From the NCBI GenBank assembly GCA_949295935.1, contig CASFMW010000003.1:28109-92108 (forward strand): 64,000 bases of DNA, written 5' to 3'. Both the position numbers and the translations under genes were made by a program. Below are positions 55,372 through 64,000 of this stretch, piece after piece (positions within the stretch are counted from its first letter, which is position 1; each line of letters opens with the position of its first letter). The notes below the pieces were generated by a model. That model was not told the origin of the DNA, ran no database searches, and saw nothing but the letters and a program-made list of their open reading frames with translations. The stretch is from an uncultured Pseudomonadota bacterium. Lineage in GTDB: Bacteria > Pseudomonadota > Alphaproteobacteria > RF32 > CAG-239.

Positions 55372-58263
55372 TTACTCGTCATCGGCATCTCCCTTAACTT
55401 TCCACTCCGGCACCCGAGCCAGATTAAAATAATCAGAATATTTCGGCGCATAAGAAGGATTCGGTTGACAATAATAAGGAGTGTCAAGTTTATCAAAAGT
55501 ATTAATCAAAATGAGTAGATTCTCTTGGTTTTTCTTCAAAACATCATCAATATTCTTAGATAAAAATGTTTCTTTTTTACCGAGTTGCCAATAAACTAAC
55601 CCTGCCGTTTTCTTTGGTGCTAATCCACTAAAACCACCGTTAGACGCAATCAATCCTTCAATTGGCAGCTGCGGCGCATAACCTTTAATGATTTCATTAG
55701 TTGAGCGCGCACTTCCGGTTTTATAATCAAGAATAATATATTGTCCGTCTTTTGTTTCATCAATTCGATCTGCTTTTGCGGTTATCTCAAAATCTCCGCC
55801 CGCAGCTTTAAAAACAATAGAGCCCGAAACTTCACAATAAATTCTGGCAATATCTTTACGATATTCTGATTCTGTCTGCACCAGCCACTGAACACTTTTA
55901 ACAAAACTCGGCCACCAAAAAGCCCGTTTTTCCAAATCGACTTCATTCTCGGCAAAATATTCTTCCCCGAGTTTTAGCAAAATCTCTTCGGCATTGTTTG
56001 GATATTCTGCCGGATAGCGACGATTAAACACTTCCAAAACCTTATGAACAAGTGTTCCGTAATCACTAAAATCAAGTTCACGATTCAAATCATTAAGCGG
56101 ATAAAGCTTAAGAATATGGCGTGCAAAAATCTGATACGGATCACGCATAAGCACTTCGACCGTACTGGCCGACAGCTTTCGCGGCCGAGCATCAAGCGGA
56201 GGCTTAGGAGCCGGAGGAAAGAACGGCACCGGTGCACTGGGTTTATCCAACAACTCACCCAAAGTCAAATATTCAAAAGCATAAAGATTTTCAATACTAC
56301 TTCCCAAAGCCGCCAATACGGTCTGCAAACGCATCCACCAACGAGAATAAGACATCGGCGTACTTTGCACCTTTGCGGCACGGGTTAAAACAACATTTTC
56401 ACCACAAAGAAAATCAGCAAAATCTTTTGCTAAAATACCAACGGCTTTTTCCGGCAACGGCAAGCCAAAACTTTTTTTCATCGGGCGCGACATCCACGGA
56501 TCAGCATCCGCGGCTTTTGGCCAAGCCCCTTCGTTAACTTCGCCAATAATCAATAAATCAAAATGACAAAGTCTGGCCTCTATCGGCCCCAAAATCTTTA
56601 AGCGAGGATGCGTTCCATAGCGCGGCCGCACCGTAACTCCGACCATAAGAGATTCGAGTAAATCAAGATACTCATTTCCGTTAAGCTTATCAAGCATAGC
56701 AGCTTCATCATAAAGAGAAGATAAAAATCCTGCTGCTGACTCGCCGTCATCGCCACGCCACAAAACAGCCGCACCATTTTTTTCAGGTGTAGACGCCAGC
56801 ATTTCTGATGCCAGAATATGCGCTTCCAACAAATTTTTAAGATTATCAGCAGAAGCAAGCAAATCATGCAAAGGACTGAGCTGCTGTTTCAAAGAATCAA
56901 AAATTCCGACAATATCCGGATTCTCCGACGGCTCATCGGCCCGCAAAACTAATTTTTCAAAATCGCGCACTTTTCGCCGAACCGTAGAATAATCCTCACC
57001 ATTAGCAAAAAACGGATGTTTCATCAAAGCCAACAGCGGCACCGGCGCAAAATCTTCCAAACAAGCCTGAATAATAAGCCGCAAAAATGCTCCGACCGGA
57101 GAAAGAGAAAGCGGTTTTCCGGCAGAATCATCAACCTTAACATCCCAGCGCTCCAGCTCTGCCGCAACCCGACGCGCCAAATTTCTGTCGGTAGTAACCA
57201 AAGCCGCCGTCTTTTCAGGCTTTTCCAAAACCTCCCTCATCAATAAAGAAACAGCCACTGCCTCTTGCCGCAAATCCGGACAATCTATAACCGAAAGCCC
57301 TTGTGCTGCTTGCGGCATAATTTTTTCAGTAACCAAACCACGCCACTTATCGGTAGTAGATGCCGGCCGCATAAGTTCGGAAACCATTTTTTCCCGCTGA
57401 GGATTAACCACGGAGCAAAAATCAACTACCTCAAAACGATTAACCTCGATAAAATCCAATAGTTGCTTGATTTCAAATTGCGGATGAGATTCATCAAGCT
57501 TGTCATAGCTTTGAGTGTCAAGATTTTTATCAACGCCATAAAGAACAAGCTCACCGTTAGGCAGATCAAGAACTGTTTTGACCAAACGTCGCATCATCGG
57601 ATAAGTTGCGGTTGTTCCGGCCACCACAATTCTCTTTGAAGGCGGATGCTTTTGCCAAAAGCGGCATTGCAAATCAAGCAAAATATTGCGCCTTTGCGCC
57701 GGATCAACCAAATTATTTTCTTTTAAATAAGCCGGCCATTTCTGTGTCACGATTTCCAAAAAGCGAAGCGTATCAAGCCAATGCTGAGCATATTCTTCGG
57801 GAACAAGATTTTTCAAATTATCAAAAGAAAGCTGTTCATTATGCACATCATCAATAAGCTGACACAAAGATTGCGCCAAAGAGCAAGCCTGCTGCGCTGA
57901 AAATTTATCCAAACCAAAGGACGGCGCTTCCTGCATAATCTGTTTTGTAAACCACAACAAACGCCTAAAAGACGGCACCGCCGCCGGCAAATTTTTAAGT
58001 TCTTCAGAAAAATCAAAGCCCGAAACAAACAGCTCATCTTCTTCGACATCACCTAAAGGCATCATCTGCGGCAAAAGTGTAGGCTCAAGCCCTTGCGCAC
58101 GCACAAATGCTTCCTTCAAATTTTGACACGCACGACGATTCGGCAACAGAAACAATACCTCTGACAAGCCCAAAGGCGCTGCCGAATATTCATCTAAAAA
58201 CTTTTGCGCCACAACGTCCACAAACGCCGCACTCGCAGGAACATTAAAAACATTTTTCATCAT
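55372..58263 (-). CDS. addB: Double-strand break repair protein AddB
   Basis: 963 aa, immediately upstream of addA, inactivated-helicase/nuclease architecture. Confidence 0.92.
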   Translation of the reverse strand: MMKNVFNVPASAAFVDVVAQKFLDEYSAAPLGLSEVLFLLPNRRACQNLKEAFVRAQGLEPTLLPQMMPLGDVEEDELFVSGFDFSEELKNLPAAVPSFRRLLWFTKQIMQEAPSFGLDKFSAQQACSLAQSLCQLIDDVHNEQLSFDNLKNLVPEEYAQHWLDTLRFLEIVTQKWPAYLKENNLVDPAQRRNILLDLQCRFWQKHPPSKRIVVAGTTATYPMMRRLVKTVLDLPNGELVLYGVDKNLDTQSYDKLDESHPQFEIKQLLDFIEVNRFEVVDFCSVVNPQREKMVSELMRPASTTDKWRGLVTEKIMPQAAQGLSVIDCPDLRQEAVAVSLLMREVLEKPEKTAALVTTDRNLARRVAAELERWDVKVDDSAGKPLSLSPVGAFLRLIIQACLEDFAPVPLLALMKHPFFANGEDYSTVRRKVRDFEKLVLRADEPSENPDIVGIFDSLKQQLSPLHDLLASADNLKNLLEAHILASEMLASTPEKNGAAVLWRGDDGESAAGFLSSLYDEAAMLDKLNGNEYLDLLESLMVGVTVRPRYGTHPRLKILGPIEARLCHFDLLIIGEVNEGAWPKAADADPWMSRPMKKSFGLPLPEKAVGILAKDFADFLCGENVVLTRAAKVQSTPMSYSRWWMRLQTVLAALGSSIENLYAFEYLTLGELLDKPSAPVPFFPPAPKPPLDARPRKLSASTVEVLMRDPYQIFARHILKLYPLNDLNRELDFSDYGTLVHKVLEVFNRRYPAEYPNNAEEILLKLGEEYFAENEVDLEKRAFWWPSFVKSVQWLVQTESEYRKDIARIYCEVSGSIVFKAAGGDFEITAKADRIDETKDGQYIILDYKTGSARSTNEIIKGYAPQLPIEGLIASNGGFSGLAPKKTAGLVYWQLGKKETFLSKNIDDVLKKNQENLLILINTFDKLDTPYYCQPNPSYAPKYSDYFNLARVPEWKVKGDADDE

Positions 58264-58297
58264 AAAACGAGTTTATGATATTAGGTATAATAGTCAA

Positions 58298-58338
58298 TAA
58301 AAAAAAACCTGAGTTTTAGAAACTCAGGTTTTTTTTAA
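58298..58338. terminator. Strong bidirectional terminator (AACCTGAGTTT-taga-AAACTCAGGTT flanked by A8/T8)
   Basis: Perfect 11-bp stem; immediately 3' of the 115-aa gene. Confidence 0.8.
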
Positions 58339-58686
58339 TTAAACATCAAGCACAGCAACACATTCAAAAATCCCTTCTTTAAAATAGAAAAGCTTGAAAT
58401 AAATTCCATGCATTGAACGAACCATTATTGCCTTACCAGAAAAACTCAAATTTCCGATTTTTTCTTCATCTTCATAAATCGGAGAAACAAAAGTCATACC
58501 ATAAGCTAAAAACTTACTCATATCATCATAGGTAAAATGAGCATAGCGTTCTACTTCTAAAGCAATTAACATACCATAAAAACAAGCGCCGACCGACAAA
58601 GAAATTTTTCCAACAGAATAATCTCCATTCAACGTCCGTAAGACATCTTCTTTAGTTGGTTTTCTGAATTCATCATTTTTTTTCAT
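58339..58686 (-). CDS. Hypothetical small protein (~115 aa), stand-alone unit with own TTGACA promoter and terminator
   Basis: ORF; ATG at 58686 (ORF-track TTG start at 58707); no recognisable domain. Confidence 0.5.
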   Translation of the reverse strand: MKKNDEFRKPTKEDVLRTLNGDYSVGKISLSVGACFYGMLIALEVERYAHFTYDDMSKFLAYGMTFVSPIYEDEEKIGNLSFSGKAIMVRSMHGIYFKLFYFKEGIFECVAVLDV

Positions 58687-58748
58687 AACCCAATAATTTA
58701 ATAACAATAAAACAATTGCTTTTGCATATCATGCTAAGCAAAGTCTTG

Positions 58749-59351
58749 TCAACTTTTCTTTTTTTCCTTAAAAATCTCAGCAATCATTTTCTGAAAAGCG
58801 CGTCCACGATGGGAAATAGCATTTTTTTCTTCATTAGTAAAATTAGCAAAACTTTTGCTATAACCTTCGGGAATAAAAATCGGATCATAGCCAAAACCGT
58901 TAGAGCCGGATTTTTTTTCAGCAATTGAGCCATTAACACGTCCTTCAAAAACCTTTGTTCTTCCGTTTGGCTTAGCCACCGCCAACACGCAAGAAAAGTA
59001 AGCAGAACGATCTTTTGAACCTGTTGCCTTAATCTCATCAAGCAACATATCCATAGCCTTATCAAAATCACGGTTTGGAGCATATCGTGCGGAATAGACC
59101 CCTGGTTTTCCATCCAAACAATTAACACACAAACCAGAATCATCACCCAAGCAATAAAAACCGCTCATCTTTGCCAGCGTCTCTGCCTTAAGGCGAGCAT
59201 TTTCTTCAAAAGTTTTGCCCGTTTCCTCAACATCAGGCAACTTCAAATCATCAGCAGAAACAACATCTACTTGATAAGGCGCAAGCATTTGCTTAATTTC
59301 TTTAATTTTTCCTTGATTATGACTGGCAACTACAAGTTTTGCAAATTTCAT
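58749..59351 (-). CDS. rdgB: dITP/XTP pyrophosphatase (HAM1 family)
   Basis: KLVVASHNQGKIKE... Ham1 motifs; overlaps rph stop (rph-rdgB-hemW-type linkage). Confidence 0.9.
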   Translation of the reverse strand: MKFAKLVVASHNQGKIKEIKQMLAPYQVDVVSADDLKLPDVEETGKTFEENARLKAETLAKMSGFYCLGDDSGLCVNCLDGKPGVYSARYAPNRDFDKAMDMLLDEIKATGSKDRSAYFSCVLAVAKPNGRTKVFEGRVNGSIAEKKSGSNGFGYDPIFIPEGYSKSFANFTNEEKNAISHRGRAFQKMIAEIFKEKKKS

Positions 59352-60064
59352 TTTGATACCCCTAAAACATTTTTCTGCACACCGATAAGCTCAGCAATGC
59401 CTTTTTTAGCCAAAGAAAAAAGCTTATTAAATTGCTCTTCGGAAAAAGGCTCGCCCTCTGCCGTTCCCTGAATTTCAACAATTCGATGATCCTCTGTCAG
59501 TACAAAATTCATATCTGCTTGAGCTGAAGAATCTTCCACATAATCCACATCAAGCACTTCCTCACCGTTTGACACAGCACAAGACACTGCTGCCACAAAA
59601 TGCGTAACCGGATTCTTAGCAATTTTTCCTTCTTTCAAAAGCTTTTCAAAAGCCAAATACAAGGCCACAAATCCACCGGTAATTGAGGCCGTGCGTGTTC
59701 CGCCATCTGCTTGCAAAACATCACAGTCAACAACAATTGAAATCTCAGGAATCAGTGCTAAGTCCACACCGGCACGCAAAGCTCTCCCGATAAGACGCTT
59801 AATTTCTTGTGACCGACCGGATGGTTTTGTTGTTTCACGAGAATTACGCGTTTGTGTTGCTCGCGGCAACATAGCATATTCGGCAGTAACCCAACCTCTT
59901 TCTTGTCCTTTCAGCCAAGCAGGTACTTTATCTTCAACAGAGGCCGTACAAACAACATGCGTATTTCCGCACTTAATCAAGCAAGAGCCCTCGGCATAAG
60001 GATTAAAATGCGGTATAATCTCAACCTGACGCAATTCATCAAATTTTCGCCCCGAATGACGCAT
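59348..60064 (-). CDS. rph: Ribonuclease PH
   Basis: 238 aa, RNase PH signature (…RSFDELR… region, TRTASITGG). Confidence 0.95.
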   Translation of the reverse strand: MRHSGRKFDELRQVEIIPHFNPYAEGSCLIKCGNTHVVCTASVEDKVPAWLKGQERGWVTAEYAMLPRATQTRNSRETTKPSGRSQEIKRLIGRALRAGVDLALIPEISIVVDCDVLQADGGTRTASITGGFVALYLAFEKLLKEGKIAKNPVTHFVAAVSCAVSNGEEVLDVDYVEDSSAQADMNFVLTEDHRIVEIQGTAEGEPFSEEQFNKLFSLAKKGIAELIGVQKNVLGVSK

Positions 60065-60083
60065 AATAACAAACTCCTAACCG

Positions 60084-62144
60084 TTAAATTCCATAATGAA
60101 ATAAGTTATAATACTTCTGAATAGCCCCTTCTGACCAACTAAAATCTTTCTTCATGGCAGCCACTTTCATCGCGGATATAATATCTGGATTTCGATAAAA
60201 AATTTCAAGCACATTTTTCAACATATCCGCAAACGCATTCACGTTATTTTTAAGCCTCTGTGCAGCCAAATTACTACCATAAACACGGCTTTTTCCAACA
60301 AAAAATACCTCTGTTCGAAAACCATCCACACCATTGGTTATTGTATCAACCAAACCACCCGTTGACATAGCCAAAGGCAAAGCCCCTTTTGCCATAGCCT
60401 CCATCTGGGTCAAACCACAAGGCTCAAAGCGGCAAGGCATCAAATAAAAATCTGAAGCAAGCTGTGCAGCATAAGCTAACTCATCTTTATACCCATGAAA
60501 GAGTATTATTCTTTCACCAAGTTTTGGATTCGCAAGACTAACTTCATCTTTAACTCGTTTCAAATACTCAAAAATCTCAGCATCACCGGCTCCACCTAAT
60601 ACAAAAATCGGAAAAGACCCACTGAAATTAACTTTTTTGGTCTTCTGAGCCAAGCGCAGCAAAGCATCCGCCACAATATCATAGCCTTTTTGTTCAACCA
60701 TTCGACTTGTGGCACAAAAGACCGGTGTCTTATCAAAATCATCAATCGACTTTGACAAATCTTTAAGTTTATAAAATTCAACTGCCGGAAATTTTTCTTT
60801 CCGAAGAACCTCATCTTTTGCCAATCGACCGATAAGATTCAGAAAAGCCTTTTTGTTCTGCGTTTTTTTAGCTAACGAATTTTCATCAAACACACAAAAC
60901 TCATTCGTATCAAAAAAGCGATTTAACTGCTCAATTTTAGCCGTATTCGGAGCAATTTTCACTTTGTCATAACCATTAACGATTCCAAGAAAGGTTCTAT
61001 GATCTTTTCTGATTTTAAGAATATCACGAAAATCCCAACCAAATTCCAAAAACCGAGACACTTCTTCCAAATAATTTTTAGAAACGGTCACCACACGGTC
61101 AGCCAAATGCAAACTACATGCTGCTTGGTTATAACAGTCATAAACGATGAGTGTATTTTGCGTTCTCGGATTCGCATTTTTAACGGCTTTTGCATTTTTA
61201 TAAATCAGATTTGCCGCATATTCATAAGCCGAATTTAACAACCGACGTGTATTTTTATAATCCCATCCTTGATACCCAAGATGATGAGCAATGTGAATAA
61301 TCGGCAAATTTCTAAGCTTTTCACCTAAAGCGGAATCCATCACACCTTGCTCTTCTTGCGCAAAGGTAAAATATTTAAGCAAACCGGCCAACTCACCACA
61401 ATGCCAATCATTTGCCACAATCATATTTGGATAAGCTAACGGATTATAGCTATTTTCGGCAACATCTTTCAGCAAGACATAAATTGCTTTTGAGAAAAAG
61501 GCAAAACGCTCAACCTCATTTACTCCATTTTTATTAAGCACATAGCAACCGCCTTGTGCTGAAGGATTGCTTTTATGAGGATTAATTGAAAAGAAATGGT
61601 TATTTTCCAATAAAATATAATCCACCCCATCCAAACAGGTTTGGTAAACTACAACCCGATGGTTTGAAAGTTTGTTTTCTTCAACAATGAAAGGAACCTC
61701 AATAGTGGTCAAGCGCTTAAGCTGAACCTTTTTTCCTTCTGCACCAATATAAACAAGTGTTTCAGGATTAAACTCTGCCTTCTTTTTTCCGGTATCACCA
61801 ACATAGAGCGGCGTAACAACTTTTATATTGTCACCTTCATTTCCATAAGTCCGATTATAAGCTTCCGGCAATTCTGAGGCAATAACCCCCAGTCCGCCCA
61901 TTTTCATAAAACTTGCCGTTTCGGCGCTTACCATCCAAGCATCAAGCATTCCCGAAAACGGCCAAATTTCTTTGCCATAACATTGTGTACGAGCAAGTTG
62001 TTGAATTTCTCGAGTGATATAAGTTGTAGGGATAAAAAAGCGTTGAGAATTTTTTTTGCGATTAAATAACGGCGGCAGCATTTTGAAATTAGACATTACA
62101 AAAATTTCTTCAGTACCGACACCCATCGACATATTTCCCTTCAA
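60084..62144 (-). CDS. Glycogen/starch-synthase-like GT5 glycosyltransferase, unusually long (up to 686 aa; start uncertain)
   Basis: N-terminal K-x-GGL motif (KMGGLGVIASELP) and C-terminal GT-B motif PCRFEPCGLTQMEAMAKGALPLAMSTGGLVDTI as in GlgA; extra ~130-200 aa relative to canonical GlgA. Confidence 0.8.
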   Translation of the reverse strand: MKGNMSMGVGTEEIFVMSNFKMLPPLFNRKKNSQRFFIPTTYITREIQQLARTQCYGKEIWPFSGMLDAWMVSAETASFMKMGGLGVIASELPEAYNRTYGNEGDNIKVVTPLYVGDTGKKKAEFNPETLVYIGAEGKKVQLKRLTTIEVPFIVEENKLSNHRVVVYQTCLDGVDYILLENNHFFSINPHKSNPSAQGGCYVLNKNGVNEVERFAFFSKAIYVLLKDVAENSYNPLAYPNMIVANDWHCGELAGLLKYFTFAQEEQGVMDSALGEKLRNLPIIHIAHHLGYQGWDYKNTRRLLNSAYEYAANLIYKNAKAVKNANPRTQNTLIVYDCYNQAACSLHLADRVVTVSKNYLEEVSRFLEFGWDFRDILKIRKDHRTFLGIVNGYDKVKIAPNTAKIEQLNRFFDTNEFCVFDENSLAKKTQNKKAFLNLIGRLAKDEVLRKEKFPAVEFYKLKDLSKSIDDFDKTPVFCATSRMVEQKGYDIVADALLRLAQKTKKVNFSGSFPIFVLGGAGDAEIFEYLKRVKDEVSLANPKLGERIILFHGYKDELAYAAQLASDFYLMPCRFEPCGLTQMEAMAKGALPLAMSTGGLVDTITNGVDGFRTEVFFVGKSRVYGSNLAAQRLKNNVNAFADMLKNVLEIFYRNPDIISAMKVAAMKKDFSWSEGAIQKYYNLFHYGI

Positions 62145-62243
62145 TTAAAAAACTCTTTGCTCTTGACACGACGAAACAGAATAACTAAGTTTTAAGATAA
62201 AGGTAATGTAACATAATTAACCGAACATTTAAAGAGGAAAGCA

Positions 62244-62828
62244 ATGAAAGACCACAAAAAAGAGACAGAACAACCGATTGATGAAGAAATTTTGGAAGAA
62301 GAAATAAAAGAACCTCAAGCAGAGGCCCTCTCAGCCGAAGTTTCTGCTGAAGAAGACGAGGAATTGCTTCGCCTCAAAGAAGAAAACCAAAAACTTAAAG
62401 AAGATTTTTTAAGAGCCTATGCCGACGCTGAAAACATCAAAAAGCGTTGCGCTCAAGAAATTGAAAAAAATAATAAATACGCAATTTCCTCTTTTGCAAA
62501 AAATTTGTTAAGCGTTGCCGATAACCTTGACCGCGCCTTAAAGTCGATTCCCGAGGACAAAAAGGACGATTGCGAACACTTAAAAAACCTCTTAGCCGGT
62601 GTTGAAATGACCCAGCACGAACTAACCAAGGTCTTTGAAAAATTCGGAATTAAAAAAATGGAAATTATCGGTACCAAGTTTGATCCGAATTTCCATCAGG
62701 TCATCCAAGAAGTTGAAGACAAAGAAAAAGCCAACGGTACGATTATCAACGAGCTTCAAAGCGGCTATATGATAAACGATCGTATCTTGCGCGAAGCCAT
62801 GGTTGTCGTCAGCAAAGGCGGAAAATAA
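62244..62828 (+). CDS. grpE: Nucleotide exchange factor GrpE
   Basis: 194 aa, acidic N-terminus, GrpE coiled-coil and C-terminal beta domain. Confidence 0.93.
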   Translation: MKDHKKETEQPIDEEILEEEIKEPQAEALSAEVSAEEDEELLRLKEENQKLKEDFLRAYADAENIKKRCAQEIEKNNKYAISSFAKNLLSVADNLDRALKSIPEDKKDDCEHLKNLLAGVEMTQHELTKVFEKFGIKKMEIIGTKFDPNFHQVIQEVEDKEKANGTIINELQSGYMINDRILREAMVVVSKGGK

Positions 62829-62842
62829 AAAATACAAATTCC

Positions 62843-62887
62843 ACAAAAAAAAGAGAGAAAGGCTTTCAGCAATCTCTCTTTTTTTTC
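62843..62887. terminator. Bidirectional terminator between grpE and ftsK (AAGAGAGA...TCTCTCTT + T-run)
   Basis: 8-bp stem with flanking A/T runs. Confidence 0.7.
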
Positions 62888-62937
62888 ATGTTAAGGTTTA
62901 CAAATATCACAAAACTATAACATTTTGCTCTTAAGAC

Positions 62938-64000
62938 TTACAACACTTGTCGCCGTCCGGTATGATCAGGAGCCGAAATAACCCCCTCTTCTTCCATACG
63001 GTCGATAATGGTTGCCGCGCGGTTATAGCCGATTCTTAAGCGCCGCTGAACATAACTTGTCGACACTTTTTTATCATTGCGCACAATCTCAACCGCTTGA
63101 CGATAAAGGTCTTCATCACTACCGCCGCCGCCCATATCCGACTTATCAAACACGGCTGATGAAGAACCGCCTTTATCGGTATTAAGCTCACCTTCGGTAA
63201 CTCCTTCAACATATTCGGGGGCTTTTTGCGCTTTAATAAATTCCACCACTTTTTCAATCTCGGCATCAGGAGCAAAACCACCATGAACACGCTGTGGACG
63301 TTGTCCTGCCGGCATATAGAGCATATCGCCTCGTCCCAAAAGTTGCTCCGCACCTTGCTCGCCCAAAATCGTACGACTATCGATTTTTGAGGTCACTTGA
63401 TAGCTGATTCGTGTTGGAAAGTTCGCTTTAATCGTACCGGTAATAACATCAACCGACGGACGCTGTGTCGACATAATCAAGTGCAAACCGGCTGCACGAG
63501 CCATCTGCGCCAAACGCTGAATAGCCGCCTCAACTTCTTTTCCGGCCACAAGCATTAAATCCGCCATTTCATCAACCACAATAACAATATACGGCAACGG
63601 TGTTAAATCTAATTCTTGCTCTTCATAAATCGGCTTGCCTGTTTCAGAATCAAATCCGGTTTGTACCGTGCGTTTAATAATTTCTCCGCTGGCCTTAAGC
63701 TCTTTAAGCTTTTGGTTATAACCCATGATATTACGCACATTAAGCTGCGCCATGGCACGATACCGTTCTTCCATTTCGCGCACTGCCCATTTCAAGCCGA
63801 TAACCGCTTTTGCCGGATCGGTAATAACCGGCGTCAACAAATGCGGAATACCATTATACATTGAAAACTCAAGCATTTTCGGGTCAATCATGATGAGCTT
63901 GCATTCATCAGGTGTCATTCGGAAGAGCAAAGATAAAATCATAGCATTAACACCGACAGACTTACCTGAACCGGTTGTACCGGCAACCAACAAGTGCGGC
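62938..64000 (-). CDS. ftsK: DNA translocase FtsK, C-terminal motor (alpha/beta) and gamma domains; gene continues beyond window end
   Basis: Walker A GTTGSGKS, FtsK/SpoIIIE motifs, C-terminal winged-helix gamma domain. Confidence 0.9.
   Translation of the reverse strand, partial: PHLLVAGTTGSGKSVGVNAMILSLLFRMTPDECKLIMIDPKMLEFSMYNGIPHLLTPVITDPAKAVIGLKWAVREMEERYRAMAQLNVRNIMGYNQKLKELKASGEIIKRTVQTGFDSETGKPIYEEQELDLTPLPYIVIVVDEMADLMLVAGKEVEAAIQRLAQMARAAGLHLIMSTQRPSVDVITGTIKANFPTRISYQVTSKIDSRTILGEQGAEQLLGRGDMLYMPAGQRPQRVHGGFAPDAEIEKVVEFIKAQKAPEYVEGVTEGELNTDKGGSSSAVFDKSDMGGGGSDEDLYRQAVEIVRNDKKVSTSYVQRRLRIGYNRAATIIDRMEEEGVISAPDHTGRRQVL

Noticed and set aside
62145-62243. CIRCE/HrcA operator expected upstream of grpE
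   Set aside because: No TTAGCACTC-N9-GAGTGCTAA inverted repeat is present. Only a sigma70-like TTGACA-N17-TAAGTT was seen
1-64000. tRNA/rRNA genes, IS elements, integrases, restriction-modification or known defence-system genes
   Set aside because: No cloverleaf-like conserved tRNA arm sequences (e.g. GGTTCGAATCC) were found. No rRNA-like segments, transposase/integrase ORFs or recognisable defence-system signature proteins were found in any frame

Overview
This 64-kb window reads as a low-GC (~40%) alphaproteobacterial chromosome segment, probably Rhizobiales and Bartonella-like (lineage inferred, not proven). It is densely packed with housekeeping genes in recognisable alphaproteobacterial arrangements: pta-ackA; ndk; leuS-lptE-holA; rsmB; thyA; ychF-trmL; rplY-pth; rimP-nusA-ylxR-infB ... 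rbfA ... truB-rpsO-pnp; rpsF-rpsR-rplI; comM; lptF/G-type permease; cysK; yicC-gmk; ampG; hslVU; hemW; trxA-addA-addB; rdgB-rph; grpE; and the 3' part of ftsK. I found no tRNA or rRNA genes, CRISPR arrays or transposases. Several things are not explained by core functions. (1) A family of three small paralogous proteins (144/179/180 aa) sits in stand-alone promoter-gene-terminator units inserted between housekeeping operons. (2) A nearly identical promoter-like motif, TTTTTTGTTGAC(T/C)TTTGTCTA, recurs upstream of these paralogs, of thyA and of a novel two-gene cassette inserted inside the conserved rbfA-truB operon. (3) The infB...rbfA linkage is interrupted by an ~8-kb segment carrying a 946-aa secreted multidomain protein with a proline-rich linker, a Cys-rich region and an apparently catalytically dead trypsin-like domain, next to comM and a lipoprotein. 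(4) Two tandem, divergent paralogous membrane proteins carry near-identical SD-less leaders. (5) A ~130-140-bp intergenic repeat containing an 11-bp inverted repeat is present twice, downstream of pnp and infB, flanked by mosaic sub-repeats. (6) There is a short, E. coli-type L25 gene, an unusually long lone GT5 glycogen-synthase-like gene and an rsmB-linked operon of divergent enzyme-like proteins. All calls come from reading the translations and DNA directly; no database searches were possible.
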